Shown here piece by piece: positions 32,581 through 40,081 of a stretch of 42,414 nucleotides of DNA; position 1 is the stretch's first letter, and every line of letters begins with the position of its first letter. Source of the stretch: a virus. The position numbers were made by a program, and so were the translations under genes. The DNA lies in IMG/VR virus record IMGVR_UViG_3300029581_000022, positions 1-42,414 of that record; one strand, written 5' to 3'. The notes beneath the pieces were generated by a model. The model made no database searches. It was given only the letters and a program-made list of their open reading frames with translations, and had not been told where the DNA came from.

Positions 32581-34526
32581 ACAAAACTTTTGAAGAAAAC
32601 ATCAACGACATCCGCAAGGCAAAGCGGGGCGTCGAGGTGCGGGAGGCGATGGCCGAGAGCCTTGAGTATGTGGAGGGCTTTGCCTCCACCGCTACCCAAA
32701 AGGCAGAGGAGGCCGCATCCAGCGCCAAAACTGCCGCCGAGGCCAAGGAAGCCGCCGCCGCCTCTGCTCAGGCTGCGGAACAGCAGGCAGGCATTGCCAC
32801 GCAGCAGGCCGAGACTGCCACGCAGCAGGCCGAGGCCGCTGAAAGCTCCAAAGCTGCCGCTGCGGAGTCTGCCAAGCGGGCAGAGGCGGCTGCCAAGGAG
32901 ACCGAGGGCCGCGTCACCACCGACCCCACCCTCACCATCTCGGGCGCACCCGCAGACGCCAAAGCCACCGGCGACCGCATCAACGCTATCAAAATCGAGA
33001 CCGACAAGACCCTCACCATCTCCGGCGCTGCTGCGGACGCTGCGGCTGTAGGCAGCATCGTACTGCCCCGGGTGGTGGTGCAGACGGAAGCGGGAAGCAC
33101 CGTCACCGCAGTCAGCGGGGACAAAAAGGTAACTGGCACGGCCACCGACGGCAGCTTTTCTGCGGCCCTGCCCCACGACGGCGAGTGGGAGGTCACCGCC
33201 ACGCTCGGCACCGGCGTGGCCACGGAGACAATGCAGGCGGAGTATTGCCGCACCAAGACCCTTACCCTGACCTACTACACCCTGACCGTCACGGTTAAGG
33301 CGGGCAGCACCGTCACCGCCCAGTGCGGGGACAAGACCGTCTCCGGCACGGTGCCGGAGAGCGGCAGCATCAAGCTGTATCTGCCCATCGCTGGCACGTG
33401 GACGGTAACGGCCACGTTGGGCGACGAGACCGCCGAGGGCAGCTTGGAGGTGAGCGAGTACAAGGACTATCCCCTTGAACTTGCATACACCCACATCTAC
33501 GGCGCAAGCTGGGACGGCACCAGCACCACCAAGTGGAGCCGCACCGACGAGGCGGCAGACTTTACCGACCCGGTGCCTTACGTCGCGGGCGCAAGCAGCT
33601 ATGGCAGTCCCTTTGACAACTTACAGCCCTGGGCGGGCATGGTAAAGAGCGAGCGCACCGGCGGCACGATGGTCAGCATCCCGAAATTTTGGTACAAGCT
33701 GACCCAAAACGGCAGGGGCATGAGCATTCAGATCGCCGACCGCGCGGTGGAGGGCTACAGCGTCAGCCCCGCCCACATGGACAGAGGCGACGGTCACGGT
33801 GAGCGGGACGTGGTGTACATCGGCAGATACCACTGCAACGACAGCTATAAGAGCGGCATCGGCAGCCCCAGGGCGAACATGACCCGCTCCTCTGCCCGGG
33901 CGAACATCCACGGCCTCGGCTCTGCCATCTGGCAGTGCGATTTTGCTATGAGGTTTACGCTCTGGCTGCTGTATATCGTCGAGTTTGCCGATTGGAACAG
34001 TCAGGCAAAAATCGGCTATGGATGCGGCAACAACAGCTCTCCGCAGTCGATGGGCTACACCGACAGTATGCCGTACCACACCGGTACGACCCAGAGCAGC
34101 CGCACCGCCTATGGCTACGGGACGCAGTACCGCAACATCGAGGGCCTGTGGGATAACGTGTTGGACTGGTGCGATGGCTGCTACAACAACAGCGACGGCC
34201 TGAACATCATCCTGAACCCCTCCAAGTTCAGCGACAGCAGCGGCGGCACGGCGGTGGGCGTCCCTTCCAATGGCTATCCGTCCGCTTTTGCGGTCAAGGC
34301 GACCGGCGGGTATCCGCTCTTTATCCCGACTGCCGCAAACGGCCGCGCCGAGACCTACTCGTGCGATTTCTGGGGCTTCGGCTCGTCGTACCCCTGCCTC
34401 TCCGTTGGCGGTAGCTATGGCCAGAGCGCCAACCGCGGTCTGTTCTACGTCAACTACTCCTCGGTTTCGAACACTTACGGGGACATCGGCTGTCGTCTCC
34501 AAGAACTCCCCAACGGGGGAGTCTGA
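32577..34526 (+). CDS. Tail fibre / receptor-binding protein; DGR target with C-terminal C-type-lectin/FGE-like variable domain
   Basis: 649 aa. N-terminal Ala/Gln/Glu coiled coil, duplicated TLTISGA.AD motifs and two beta-sandwich repeats. The C-terminus ...YSCDFWGFGSSYPCLSVGGSYGQSANRGLFYVNYSSVSNTYGDIGCRLQ contains the VR. Confidence 0.85.
   Translation: MNKTFEENINDIRKAKRGVEVREAMAESLEYVEGFASTATQKAEEAASSAKTAAEAKEAAAASAQAAEQQAGIATQQAETATQQAEAAESSKAAAAESAKRAEAAAKETEGRVTTDPTLTISGAPADAKATGDRINAIKIETDKTLTISGAAADAAAVGSIVLPRVVVQTEAGSTVTAVSGDKKVTGTATDGSFSAALPHDGEWEVTATLGTGVATETMQAEYCRTKTLTLTYYTLTVTVKAGSTVTAQCGDKTVSGTVPESGSIKLYLPIAGTWTVTATLGDETAEGSLEVSEYKDYPLELAYTHIYGASWDGTSTTKWSRTDEAADFTDPVPYVAGASSYGSPFDNLQPWAGMVKSERTGGTMVSIPKFWYKLTQNGRGMSIQIADRAVEGYSVSPAHMDRGDGHGERDVVYIGRYHCNDSYKSGIGSPRANMTRSSARANIHGLGSAIWQCDFAMRFTLWLLYIVEFADWNSQAKIGYGCGNNSSPQSMGYTDSMPYHTGTTQSSRTAYGYGTQYRNIEGLWDNVLDWCDGCYNNSDGLNIILNPSKFSDSSGGTAVGVPSNGYPSAFAVKATGGYPLFIPTAANGRAETYSCDFWGFGSSYPCLSVGGSYGQSANRGLFYVNYSSVSNTYGDIGCRLQELPNGGV
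34358..34500 (+). repeat. DGR variable region (VR)
   Basis: 143 bp aligned without gaps to 34618-34760 (offset 260). There are 17 mismatches, 14 opposite TR adenines. Confidence 0.9.
34505..34522 (+). promoter_or_regulatory. GC-rich hairpin 4 nt downstream of the VR (DGR target-recognition-type element)
   Basis: actcccc-aacg-ggggagt: 7-bp stem, 4-nt loop. It ends just before the fibre stop codon (34524-34526). Confidence 0.6.
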
Positions 34527-34617
34527 GGGGGCCGCAGCCCACTCAGATAATTGCGCCGTAAGGCGCTGAACTTTTTTGGGACTGTCTGTGCATTGCCGGT
34601 GTTTTTTGTTCTCAGAC

Positions 34618-34760
34618 CTCGTGCGATAACTGGAACTTCGACTCGTCGAACCCCTGCCTCTCCGTTGGCGGTAACTATGACCAGAACGCCAACCACGGTC
34701 TGTTCTACGTCAACTACAACTCGGTTTCGAACGCGAACGGGAACATCGGCTGTCGTTTCC
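34618..34760 (+). repeat. DGR template repeat (TR)
   Basis: It contains 11 AAC codons when read in the VR frame, and lies 139 nt upstream of the RT gene. Track ORF 34551-34820 over it is judged non-coding. Confidence 0.9.
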
Positions 34761-34899
34761 TTTTTGATTTTATCCAACCTCACATTTTTACGGCACAGGC
34801 AGCCGCACACCTCACGGTGAAGATAGGCATTTTGGGAGCAGGCTAGTACACTCCGCAGGGGGCGATGGAAAGCCTGTACAGCTAAAAGGAGGTATCCCA

Positions 34900-36096
34900 A
34901 TGAAGAGAGCTGGAAAGCTCTTTGATACGTTAATCTCAGATGATAATTTGTTGCGAGCCATCGACGAAGTGAACCGCACCCACCACTGGAATCGAGGCCA
35001 CAAGCCCAACACCTGTACGGCGTGGGTGGAGGAGACCAAGGCGCAGCGGGTGGAAGACCTGCGGCGAATACTCGTCGGCGGTTTTGAGCCGAAAAAGCCC
35101 CATGTCAGCCAGCGATGGGACGCCAATGCCCGGAAATGGCGCACCATCAGCGAACCGGCGCAGTGGCCGGACCAGTATGTGCATCACGCCCTCATTCAGG
35201 CGCTGCAGCCGAAGATGATGCGGGGAATGGATTTTTACTGCTGCGGCTCCATCCGGGAGCGCGGGCCGCACCGGGAAAAGAACGCCATCCAGCGATGGAT
35301 GAAGTACGACCGCAAGGGGATGAAGTACGAGTTTTGTGGCGACATCCGCCACTTCTACGACAGTCTGACCCCGGAAGTCGTCATGGCCCGGATGCGGCAG
35401 CTCTACAAGGACTGCCGTGTCCTCGACCTCATCCGGCGCATCATCCGGGACGGCGTAAAGCTGGGGACGTACACTTCCCAGTGGTTCGCCAACGCCGTCT
35501 TACAGCCCCTTGACCGGCTCATCCGGGAGAGCGGCTATTGCAAACACTACGCCCGGTACATGGACAACATGACGGCATTCGGTCCCAACAAACGCAAGCT
35601 GCGGAAGCTCCGCTTACTGGTCGAAGACTGGCTTGACGCCCACGGCCTGCAGCTCAAGGGCGACTGGCAGGTGTTCCCGGTGGCAAAACCGCAGCGCAAA
35701 GAGCCGCTGCTCCCGCCCCGGCGTGGCTATGAGCGCACCAAAGGCCGCCTGCCGGATGCCGTAGGCTATCGCTACGGCAGAGGGTACACCATTCCCCGCA
35801 AGCGGAATCTGCTGCACATCAAGCGGGCGCTGGCGCGGTATCGCAAGCGCAGGCGGCAGGGGAGGCCCATCACGCCCAGAGCGGCAGCAAGTCTGCTCTC
35901 GCGCCTCGGACAGCTCCGGCACTGCAACAATTATCATCTCTATCAATGGCTGTTTCGGGGAGAGCGGGTCGTCCGCGACCTGAAGCACGTCGTCCGAGAG
36001 CATCGGAGAAAGGAGAACCTGACGTGGACTATGTTTTTGGCACAGAGGGCGGCGCTGAAGTCCTCAAGACCATCGGCGACGCTCACACCGGTCTGA
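34900..36096 (+). CDS. DGR-type reverse transcriptase (motif C reads YMDN instead of YxDD)
   Basis: RT motifs: GDIRHFYDSL (A), GVKLGTYTSQWFANAVLQPLD (the DGR-typical SQ motif) and YARYMDNMTAF (C; AAC codon at 35566-35568). AAAGGAGG lies 7 nt before the ATG. Confidence 0.85.
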   Translation: MKRAGKLFDTLISDDNLLRAIDEVNRTHHWNRGHKPNTCTAWVEETKAQRVEDLRRILVGGFEPKKPHVSQRWDANARKWRTISEPAQWPDQYVHHALIQALQPKMMRGMDFYCCGSIRERGPHREKNAIQRWMKYDRKGMKYEFCGDIRHFYDSLTPEVVMARMRQLYKDCRVLDLIRRIIRDGVKLGTYTSQWFANAVLQPLDRLIRESGYCKHYARYMDNMTAFGPNKRKLRKLRLLVEDWLDAHGLQLKGDWQVFPVAKPQRKEPLLPPRRGYERTKGRLPDAVGYRYGRGYTIPRKRNLLHIKRALARYRKRRRQGRPITPRAAASLLSRLGQLRHCNNYHLYQWLFRGERVVRDLKHVVREHRRKENLTWTMFLAQRAALKSSRPSATLTPV

Positions 36097-36386
36097 CCGG
36101 CTACCACCAGCTTGAGCGGGAGTATCCCGACCAGACCATCACCGACAGTTTCCGGGTCATCCGCAAGCTGCGCAGCGCGGAGGACGCGGAGGGGCGCTGC
36201 TATGACTGGTACGAGATCGACCGCCACTACCGGATGACCGACAAGACCGGACCCGTGGCGGAGCAGCTGGCAAAGACTGCCGCAGAGATGGAGGACGCCC
36301 TGTGTGAGCAGGACATGGAATCACAGGAGCGGCTGGCGACTATCGAGGACTCGCTGTGCGAGCTGGACGCCGCCGTCAACAAGTAA
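36024..36386 (+). CDS. XkdW-position hypothetical protein
   Basis: The GTG start lies 7 nt after AAGGAGA. 120 aa. It overlaps the RT 3' end by 73 nt and precedes the XkdX-like gene. Confidence 0.5.
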   Translation: MDYVFGTEGGAEVLKTIGDAHTGLTGYHQLEREYPDQTITDSFRVIRKLRSAEDAEGRCYDWYEIDRHYRMTDKTGPVAEQLAKTAAEMEDALCEQDMESQERLATIEDSLCELDAAVNK

Positions 36387-36399
36387 GGAGGATTTCAAA

Positions 36400-36570
36400 A
36401 TGGACAAGATCTGGGCAAACAGGTTGGTCGCCGGCACAAAAACATGGGCAGAGATGCCTGCAAGCCGCCGCCCCGGGGTCAAGCGGGAGCTGGCAAAGCG
36501 AATAGCCAACGGCGAGATCAGTGAAGAACAGTATAAGGAGATCACGGGGGAGGACTACTACAATGGATAA
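36400..36570 (+). CDS. XkdX-family small protein
   Basis: 56 aa ending ANGEISEEQYKEITGEDY, matching the XkdX I(T/S)xEEYxxITG signature. AAGGAGG upstream. Confidence 0.65.
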   Translation: MDKIWANRLVAGTKTWAEMPASRRPGVKRELAKRIANGEISEEQYKEITGEDYYNG

Positions 36571-37363
36571 ACTGCTGGAGCTGCTGGAAAAGCTGGTGCG
36601 GGCTCTCTTTGGCCCGGGGGACAAGCAGGATGCCGGGGAGGTAAAGCCCGCACCGGAACCTCACGAACCCCCCGGGGCAGAGGCTGTGACCGGCTGGCAG
36701 GACGGGCCGCCCTATCGCTTTGTGGATGTGAGCCGGTATCAGGGCCTTATCGACTGGGCGCAGGTGGCGGCGGCGGGCTACAAGGGAGCAATGCTCAAGA
36801 CGGTGAGCACCAACCGCAGGCTCTCCAAGCGGGCAGACGGCCTGTACATCGACCCCGCCTTTGAGACCAACTACCGCAATGCCCGGGCTGCCGGGCTGGA
36901 CGTGGGCGTCTACTACTACACCTACGCCACCAGCGAGGCGATGGCTGATGCAGAGCTGGCCCTTGTGCGGGAAGCGGTACGCGGCAAAGAGCTCACCATG
37001 CCGGTGGCGTTGGACATGGAAGACGAAACGCTTGCCGTGCTGAAGCCGAACGACCTGACCAACCTCGCGGCCTACCACCTCGAGCAGATCGAGAAGATGG
37101 GGTTCTTCGCCCAGCTCTACACCTACACGAGCTACGCCAACGTCCATCTGGATATGGCAAGGCTGGCCGGCCGGTGGGGCATCTGGCTGGCGGACTACAC
37201 GGGCAAGACGCCCAACGTGACGTTTAACTACAACGCCCACCAGCACACCAGCAAGGGCAGCGTGCCGGGTATCACGGGCAACGTGGACCTCAACGTGACC
37301 ACCATCAACTACCCGAAAATCATCCGCAAGAAGGGCCTGACCCGTCTTCGGGAGGGTGCATGA
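36563..37363 (+). CDS. Endolysin, GH25 muramidase
   Basis: FVDVSRYQGLIDWAQVAAAGYKGAMLK...GLDVGVYYYTYATS...SVPGITGNVDLNV is the typical GH25 lysozyme pattern. Confidence 0.85.
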   Translation: MDKLLELLEKLVRALFGPGDKQDAGEVKPAPEPHEPPGAEAVTGWQDGPPYRFVDVSRYQGLIDWAQVAAAGYKGAMLKTVSTNRRLSKRADGLYIDPAFETNYRNARAAGLDVGVYYYTYATSEAMADAELALVREAVRGKELTMPVALDMEDETLAVLKPNDLTNLAAYHLEQIEKMGFFAQLYTYTSYANVHLDMARLAGRWGIWLADYTGKTPNVTFNYNAHQHTSKGSVPGITGNVDLNVTTINYPKIIRKKGLTRLREGA

Positions 37364-37617
37364 GCGAAGCAATCATCGTAGCCATTATCACCGGCGGTCT
37401 GAGCCTGATCGGCGCGATCGTTTCCAACAACCGCACCGCCCAGAGCATGGACGCCAAGCTAGACAAGCGGCAGGCGGTGACCGAAACCAAGCTGGAAGAG
37501 CTGACCCGGGAAGTCCGGACGCACAACAATTTCGCCCAGCGCGTCCCGGTGCTTGAAGAACAGATAAAGGTGGCAAACCACCGCATTGCAGACCTCGAAA
37601 AAGAGAGAGGAGAGTAA
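37360..37617 (+). CDS. XhlA-like membrane/coiled-coil lysis accessory protein
   Basis: N-terminal TM IIVAIITGGLSLIGAIV, then the coiled coil RVPVLEEQIKVANHRIADLEKE. Confidence 0.6.
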   Translation: MSEAIIVAIITGGLSLIGAIVSNNRTAQSMDAKLDKRQAVTETKLEELTREVRTHNNFAQRVPVLEEQIKVANHRIADLEKERGE

Positions 37618-37620
37618 TAC

Positions 37621-37959
37621 ATGGCAACGATCAATAACATTTTGGGCGTCATTCCCGCCCCGGTGGCGGCTGTGCTGATGCTGGGCGGCTTTATTTTCTA
37701 CGCCCTCGGCTGCATCCGGCTGGGCTATGGCGCAGCGGTAAAGCCTCTGGTGCTTGACCTCATCGAGCGGGCCGAGCACGAGATACAGGGTACAAAGCGG
37801 GGCGCAGAGCGCAAGGCGTGGGTCGTCAAGATGCTCCGGGCCGCTCTGAGCGCCAGCAAATACGGCAGGCTCATCAGCTGGGCCATCACTGATGAGACCA
37901 TCGGACGGGTGATCCAGTTTTTCTTTGACCGTGCAAAGGCGGCACTGAGTAAGGAGTAA
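37621..37959 (+). CDS. Holin (LL-H-like)
   Basis: N-terminal TM VIPAPVAAVLMLGGFIFYALG followed by GTKRGAERKAWVVKML. Adjacent to the endolysin. Confidence 0.6.
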   Translation: MATINNILGVIPAPVAAVLMLGGFIFYALGCIRLGYGAAVKPLVLDLIERAEHEIQGTKRGAERKAWVVKMLRAALSASKYGRLISWAITDETIGRVIQFFFDRAKAALSKE

Positions 37960-37963
37960 GACC

Positions 37964-38372
37964 ATGAGCAGCACTATATTCGAGCAAACACCGCGCTATT
38001 ATTATGATCAGCGTGCGTACCCGATTTTGTGGCCCGCAGTGTGTGACCATTTTGCCAACGGCGGCAAAATGGGGCATCTCCGTGCCGTGACCGCTCGAGT
38101 GCGCAACGCCGGACAGCTGCCGCAGCCTTTTTGGCTCGGTGCTACCTGTGGCGGCGGCTCGTGTAGTGCTGCCCGCTGCGCTGCAAGGACTTGACCGACA
38201 GCAGATGACCGCCGCCATCAAAAGCGCACCGCTTGGGAGGGTAGACCGTAAGATAGCCTTACTGCGGTACGTTGAGCGGCTCCCGCTGCCGGACATTGCA
38301 GCACAGACGCATTACAGCCGGACGGCGGTAGGCTACCGGCTGAAAGGTATTGAAAAAATGCTGGATATGTGA
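37964..38372 (+). pseudogene. Sigma-70 region-4 / ArpU-like regulator split into two frames at a T5 run (frameshift, sequencing error or +1 recoding)
   Basis: ORF 37964-38194 and ORF 38139-38372 overlap. The second has no ATG or SD but carries the HTH RKIALLRYVERLPLPDIAAQTHYSRTAVGYRLKGIEKML. Removing one T at 38128-38132 gives a single 135-aa protein. Confidence 0.5.
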
Positions 38373-38378
38373 TATAAT
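38350..38378 (+). promoter_or_regulatory. Near-consensus promoter TTGAAA-17-(TGa)TATAAT
   Basis: TTGAAA at 38350-38355, extended -10 tgaTATAAT at 38370-38378. It overlaps the stop codon of the upstream gene. Confidence 0.7.
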
Positions 38379-38384
38379 ATAAAT

Positions 38385-38496
38385 ATGCTAAGTGCCTTTA
38401 GAATTATATCTTACTTAGAGGTTTAGTTCTATATGGCTCAGTCTACAGCGTAATCTTGATGGGTTCCAGCCATAATGGTTACGCTGTTTTCTTTTT
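38385..38496 (+). ncRNA. Candidate small RNA 1 (about 110 nt), promoter-to-terminator unit
   Basis: Bounded by the 38350 promoter and the terminator acagcgtaa (38445-38453) / ttacgctgt (38479-38487) plus tttctttttgt. atggct (38433-38438) can pair with agccat (38468-38473) inside the terminator loop, giving pseudoknot potential. No SD or ORF. Confidence 0.45.
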
Positions 38497-38506
38497 GTAC
38501 GATTTG

Positions 38507-38515
38507 TGGTATAAT
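38507..38515 (+). promoter_or_regulatory. Extended -10 promoter (TGgTATAAT)
   Basis: tggtataat lies directly after the sRNA-1 terminator. There is no good -35 box at 17 bp. Confidence 0.5.
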
Positions 38516-38521
38516 ATACCC

Positions 38522-38756
38522 AATAGAACCCGCCGAGCCTCTTAACAATGCATATCATGGCGGGTCATTCAAGAGCCAACTCCGTGCTCAACGGAGAATT
38601 AAAAAAGCAGTCGCCAGATTCGGCGCCGACCAGTCTCCCGCTCGCCTACTTATAGTGCGTACCATGCGGGAGACGCAATTTTGCCACTTCGGTGGCAGGG
38701 CGATTACTCGCTCACTTATAATCCATCAGCTTTTAGGCCGGTGGATTTTGTTTTAT
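38522..38756 (+). ncRNA. Candidate structured RNA 2 (about 235 nt)
   Basis: Helices: acccgcc/ggcgggt (38528/38559), ctccgt/acggag (38580/38591), gtctcccgc/gcgggagac (38633/38666), tgccac-UUCG-gtggca (38682-38697). Terminator aatccatc/ggtggatt (38720-38747) plus ttttgtttt. Track ORF 38475-38765 crosses a terminator and a promoter and lacks an SD. Confidence 0.5.
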
Positions 38757-38843
38757 TCTCACTAGTTCTGTCGAAACTCTTGTCTTGCAAGTCAAAACGT
38801 GATATTTTATTTTTGCTTCCAATGTGAGGCCCTTAACAGTTAA

Positions 38844-38885
38844 GCGCTCATGCGGATTTTTCCGTGTGGGCGCTTTTCTTTTTTG
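38844..38885 (+). terminator. Strong rho-independent terminator (third in a row) upstream of the accessory operon
   Basis: gcgctcatgcgga-tttt-tccgtgtgggcgc (13-bp stem, 3 GU pairs) followed by ttttctttttt. Confidence 0.7.
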
Positions 38886-38959
38886 CCCTTCGTTATGCGT
38901 TCGTTGTCTCTTAACTCTCCTTAAAAAGGTAAACTGAGCGCAAAGGGAGGTAAGCGCCA

Positions 38960-39337
38960 ATGTGGAACAAGTTCAGCCCGAACCCTCACGGGGGCAGCGT
39001 GGGTGATTGCGCCGTGCGCGCGGTAGCAGCAGCCACTGGGCAGAGCTGGGAGCAGGCCTACATTGGATTGGCGCTGATCGGCTTTGCTCTCGGCGATATG
39101 CCCAGCGCCAACCGCACATGGGGCGCATACCTCCAAAAGCACGGATTCAAGCGCCGCCTTGTCGAGGCAGACTGCACCACCTGTTACACCGTGGCAGATT
39201 TTGCCCGGGAGTATCCGCACGGCGTGTATGTGCTGGGGTGTTCCGGCCACGTTCTGGCCGTCATCGATGGCAAGTGGTGGGACAGCTGGGACAGTGGCGC
39301 GGAATGCCCGATCTACTACTGGTACAAGGAGGACTAA
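38960..39337 (+). CDS. Hypothetical protein with papain-like Cys/His signature
   Basis: 125 aa. GGSVGDCAVRAVAAATG (candidate nucleophile Cys) and GCSGHVLAVIDGKWWDSWD (candidate His). AAAGGGAGG lies 9 nt upstream. Confidence 0.6.
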   Translation: MWNKFSPNPHGGSVGDCAVRAVAAATGQSWEQAYIGLALIGFALGDMPSANRTWGAYLQKHGFKRRLVEADCTTCYTVADFAREYPHGVYVLGCSGHVLAVIDGKWWDSWDSGAECPIYYWYKED

Positions 39338-39340
39338 ACG

Positions 39341-39790
39341 ATGCCGTACAATCCATATGGCTATCAAATGCCAAACTACTACGGGCAGCCTATGCCTGAC
39401 CAGCTCACGCAGCTTCGGCAGAATGCCGGGTATCAGCCGCCCATGATGAGCCAACCGACAGGGCAAAGCTCCCCATCTACGCCTCCGATCATCTGGGTGC
39501 AGGGCGAAGAGGGCGCAAAAGCCTACATGGTAGCCGCCGGGAACAGCGTGCTCTTGATGGATAGCGAGAACAGCGCCTTTTACATCAAGAGCACGGACGC
39601 AAGCGGAATGCCGCTGCCGCTCAGGGCCTTTTATTACAAAGAGCGCACCACGGCAGCTAAGATGCCCGCTCAGGCCGTCCAACAACCCGGCGGGGAGTTT
39701 GTCACCAGGGCAGAGTTTGACGCCCTGGCAGCCCGCTGTGCAGCGCTGGAAAAGCAAGAACCCACAAAACCTGAAACGGAGGTCAAGTGA
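39341..39790 (+). CDS. Hypothetical protein: P/Q/Y-rich N-terminus plus beta-rich core
   Basis: MPYNPYGYQMPNYYGQPMPDQ..., then IIWVQGEEGAKAYMVAAGNSVLLMDSENSAFYIKSTD. AAGGAGG upstream. Confidence 0.6.
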   Translation: MPYNPYGYQMPNYYGQPMPDQLTQLRQNAGYQPPMMSQPTGQSSPSTPPIIWVQGEEGAKAYMVAAGNSVLLMDSENSAFYIKSTDASGMPLPLRAFYYKERTTAAKMPAQAVQQPGGEFVTRAEFDALAARCAALEKQEPTKPETEVK

Positions 39791-39792
39791 TC

Positions 39793-40020
39793 ATGGCAAA
39801 TCCTCTTTTTAATGCACTGGGCGGCGGCAAAGCATCTTCCACGGCCGGCCCTATGGGCCAGTTCGGCCAGATGATGCAGCAGTTCCAGCAGTTCAAGGCT
39901 AATTTTCAGGGCGATCCAAAGCAGGAGGTGCAAAAGCTCCTTCAATCCGGGCGGATGAGCCAAGACCAGCTCAACCAGCTTCAGGCAATGGCTCAGCAGT
40001 TCCAGCAGTTTTTACACTAA
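39793..40020 (+). CDS. Small Gln-rich protein
   Basis: MANPLFNALGGG...QMMQQFQQFKANFQG...QLNQLQAMAQQFQQFLH. ATG 39793 lies 10 nt after GGAGG. Confidence 0.55.
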   Translation: MANPLFNALGGGKASSTAGPMGQFGQMMQQFQQFKANFQGDPKQEVQKLLQSGRMSQDQLNQLQAMAQQFQQFLH

Positions 40021-40081
40021 GTCGTAACCGTGGCCACGGTCGAGATACACTTTTTATCAAAAATTTCGAAAGGAGTACAAA

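Noticed and set aside
34551-34820. 89-aa plus-strand ORF over the DGR template repeat
   Set aside because: Its sequence is simply the TR read in the VR frame plus flanks. It has no SD, and TRs are non-coding templates.
34527-36400. Search for an Avd accessory gene or a retron-type msr/msd next to the RT
   Set aside because: No small basic helical ORF lies between the VR and RT or just downstream. The RT has the DGR-type SQ motif and a cognate TR/VR pair, so a retron interpretation is unnecessary.
38475-38765. 96-aa ORF across the sRNA island
   Set aside because: It begins inside a terminator hairpin, runs through a promoter and several strong helices, lacks an SD and ends in another terminator.
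40027-40040. 14-bp perfect palindrome accgtggccacggt as a terminator
   Set aside because: No U-tract follows directly. It may be a protein-binding site or a weak RNA hairpin, but I cannot support a specific call.
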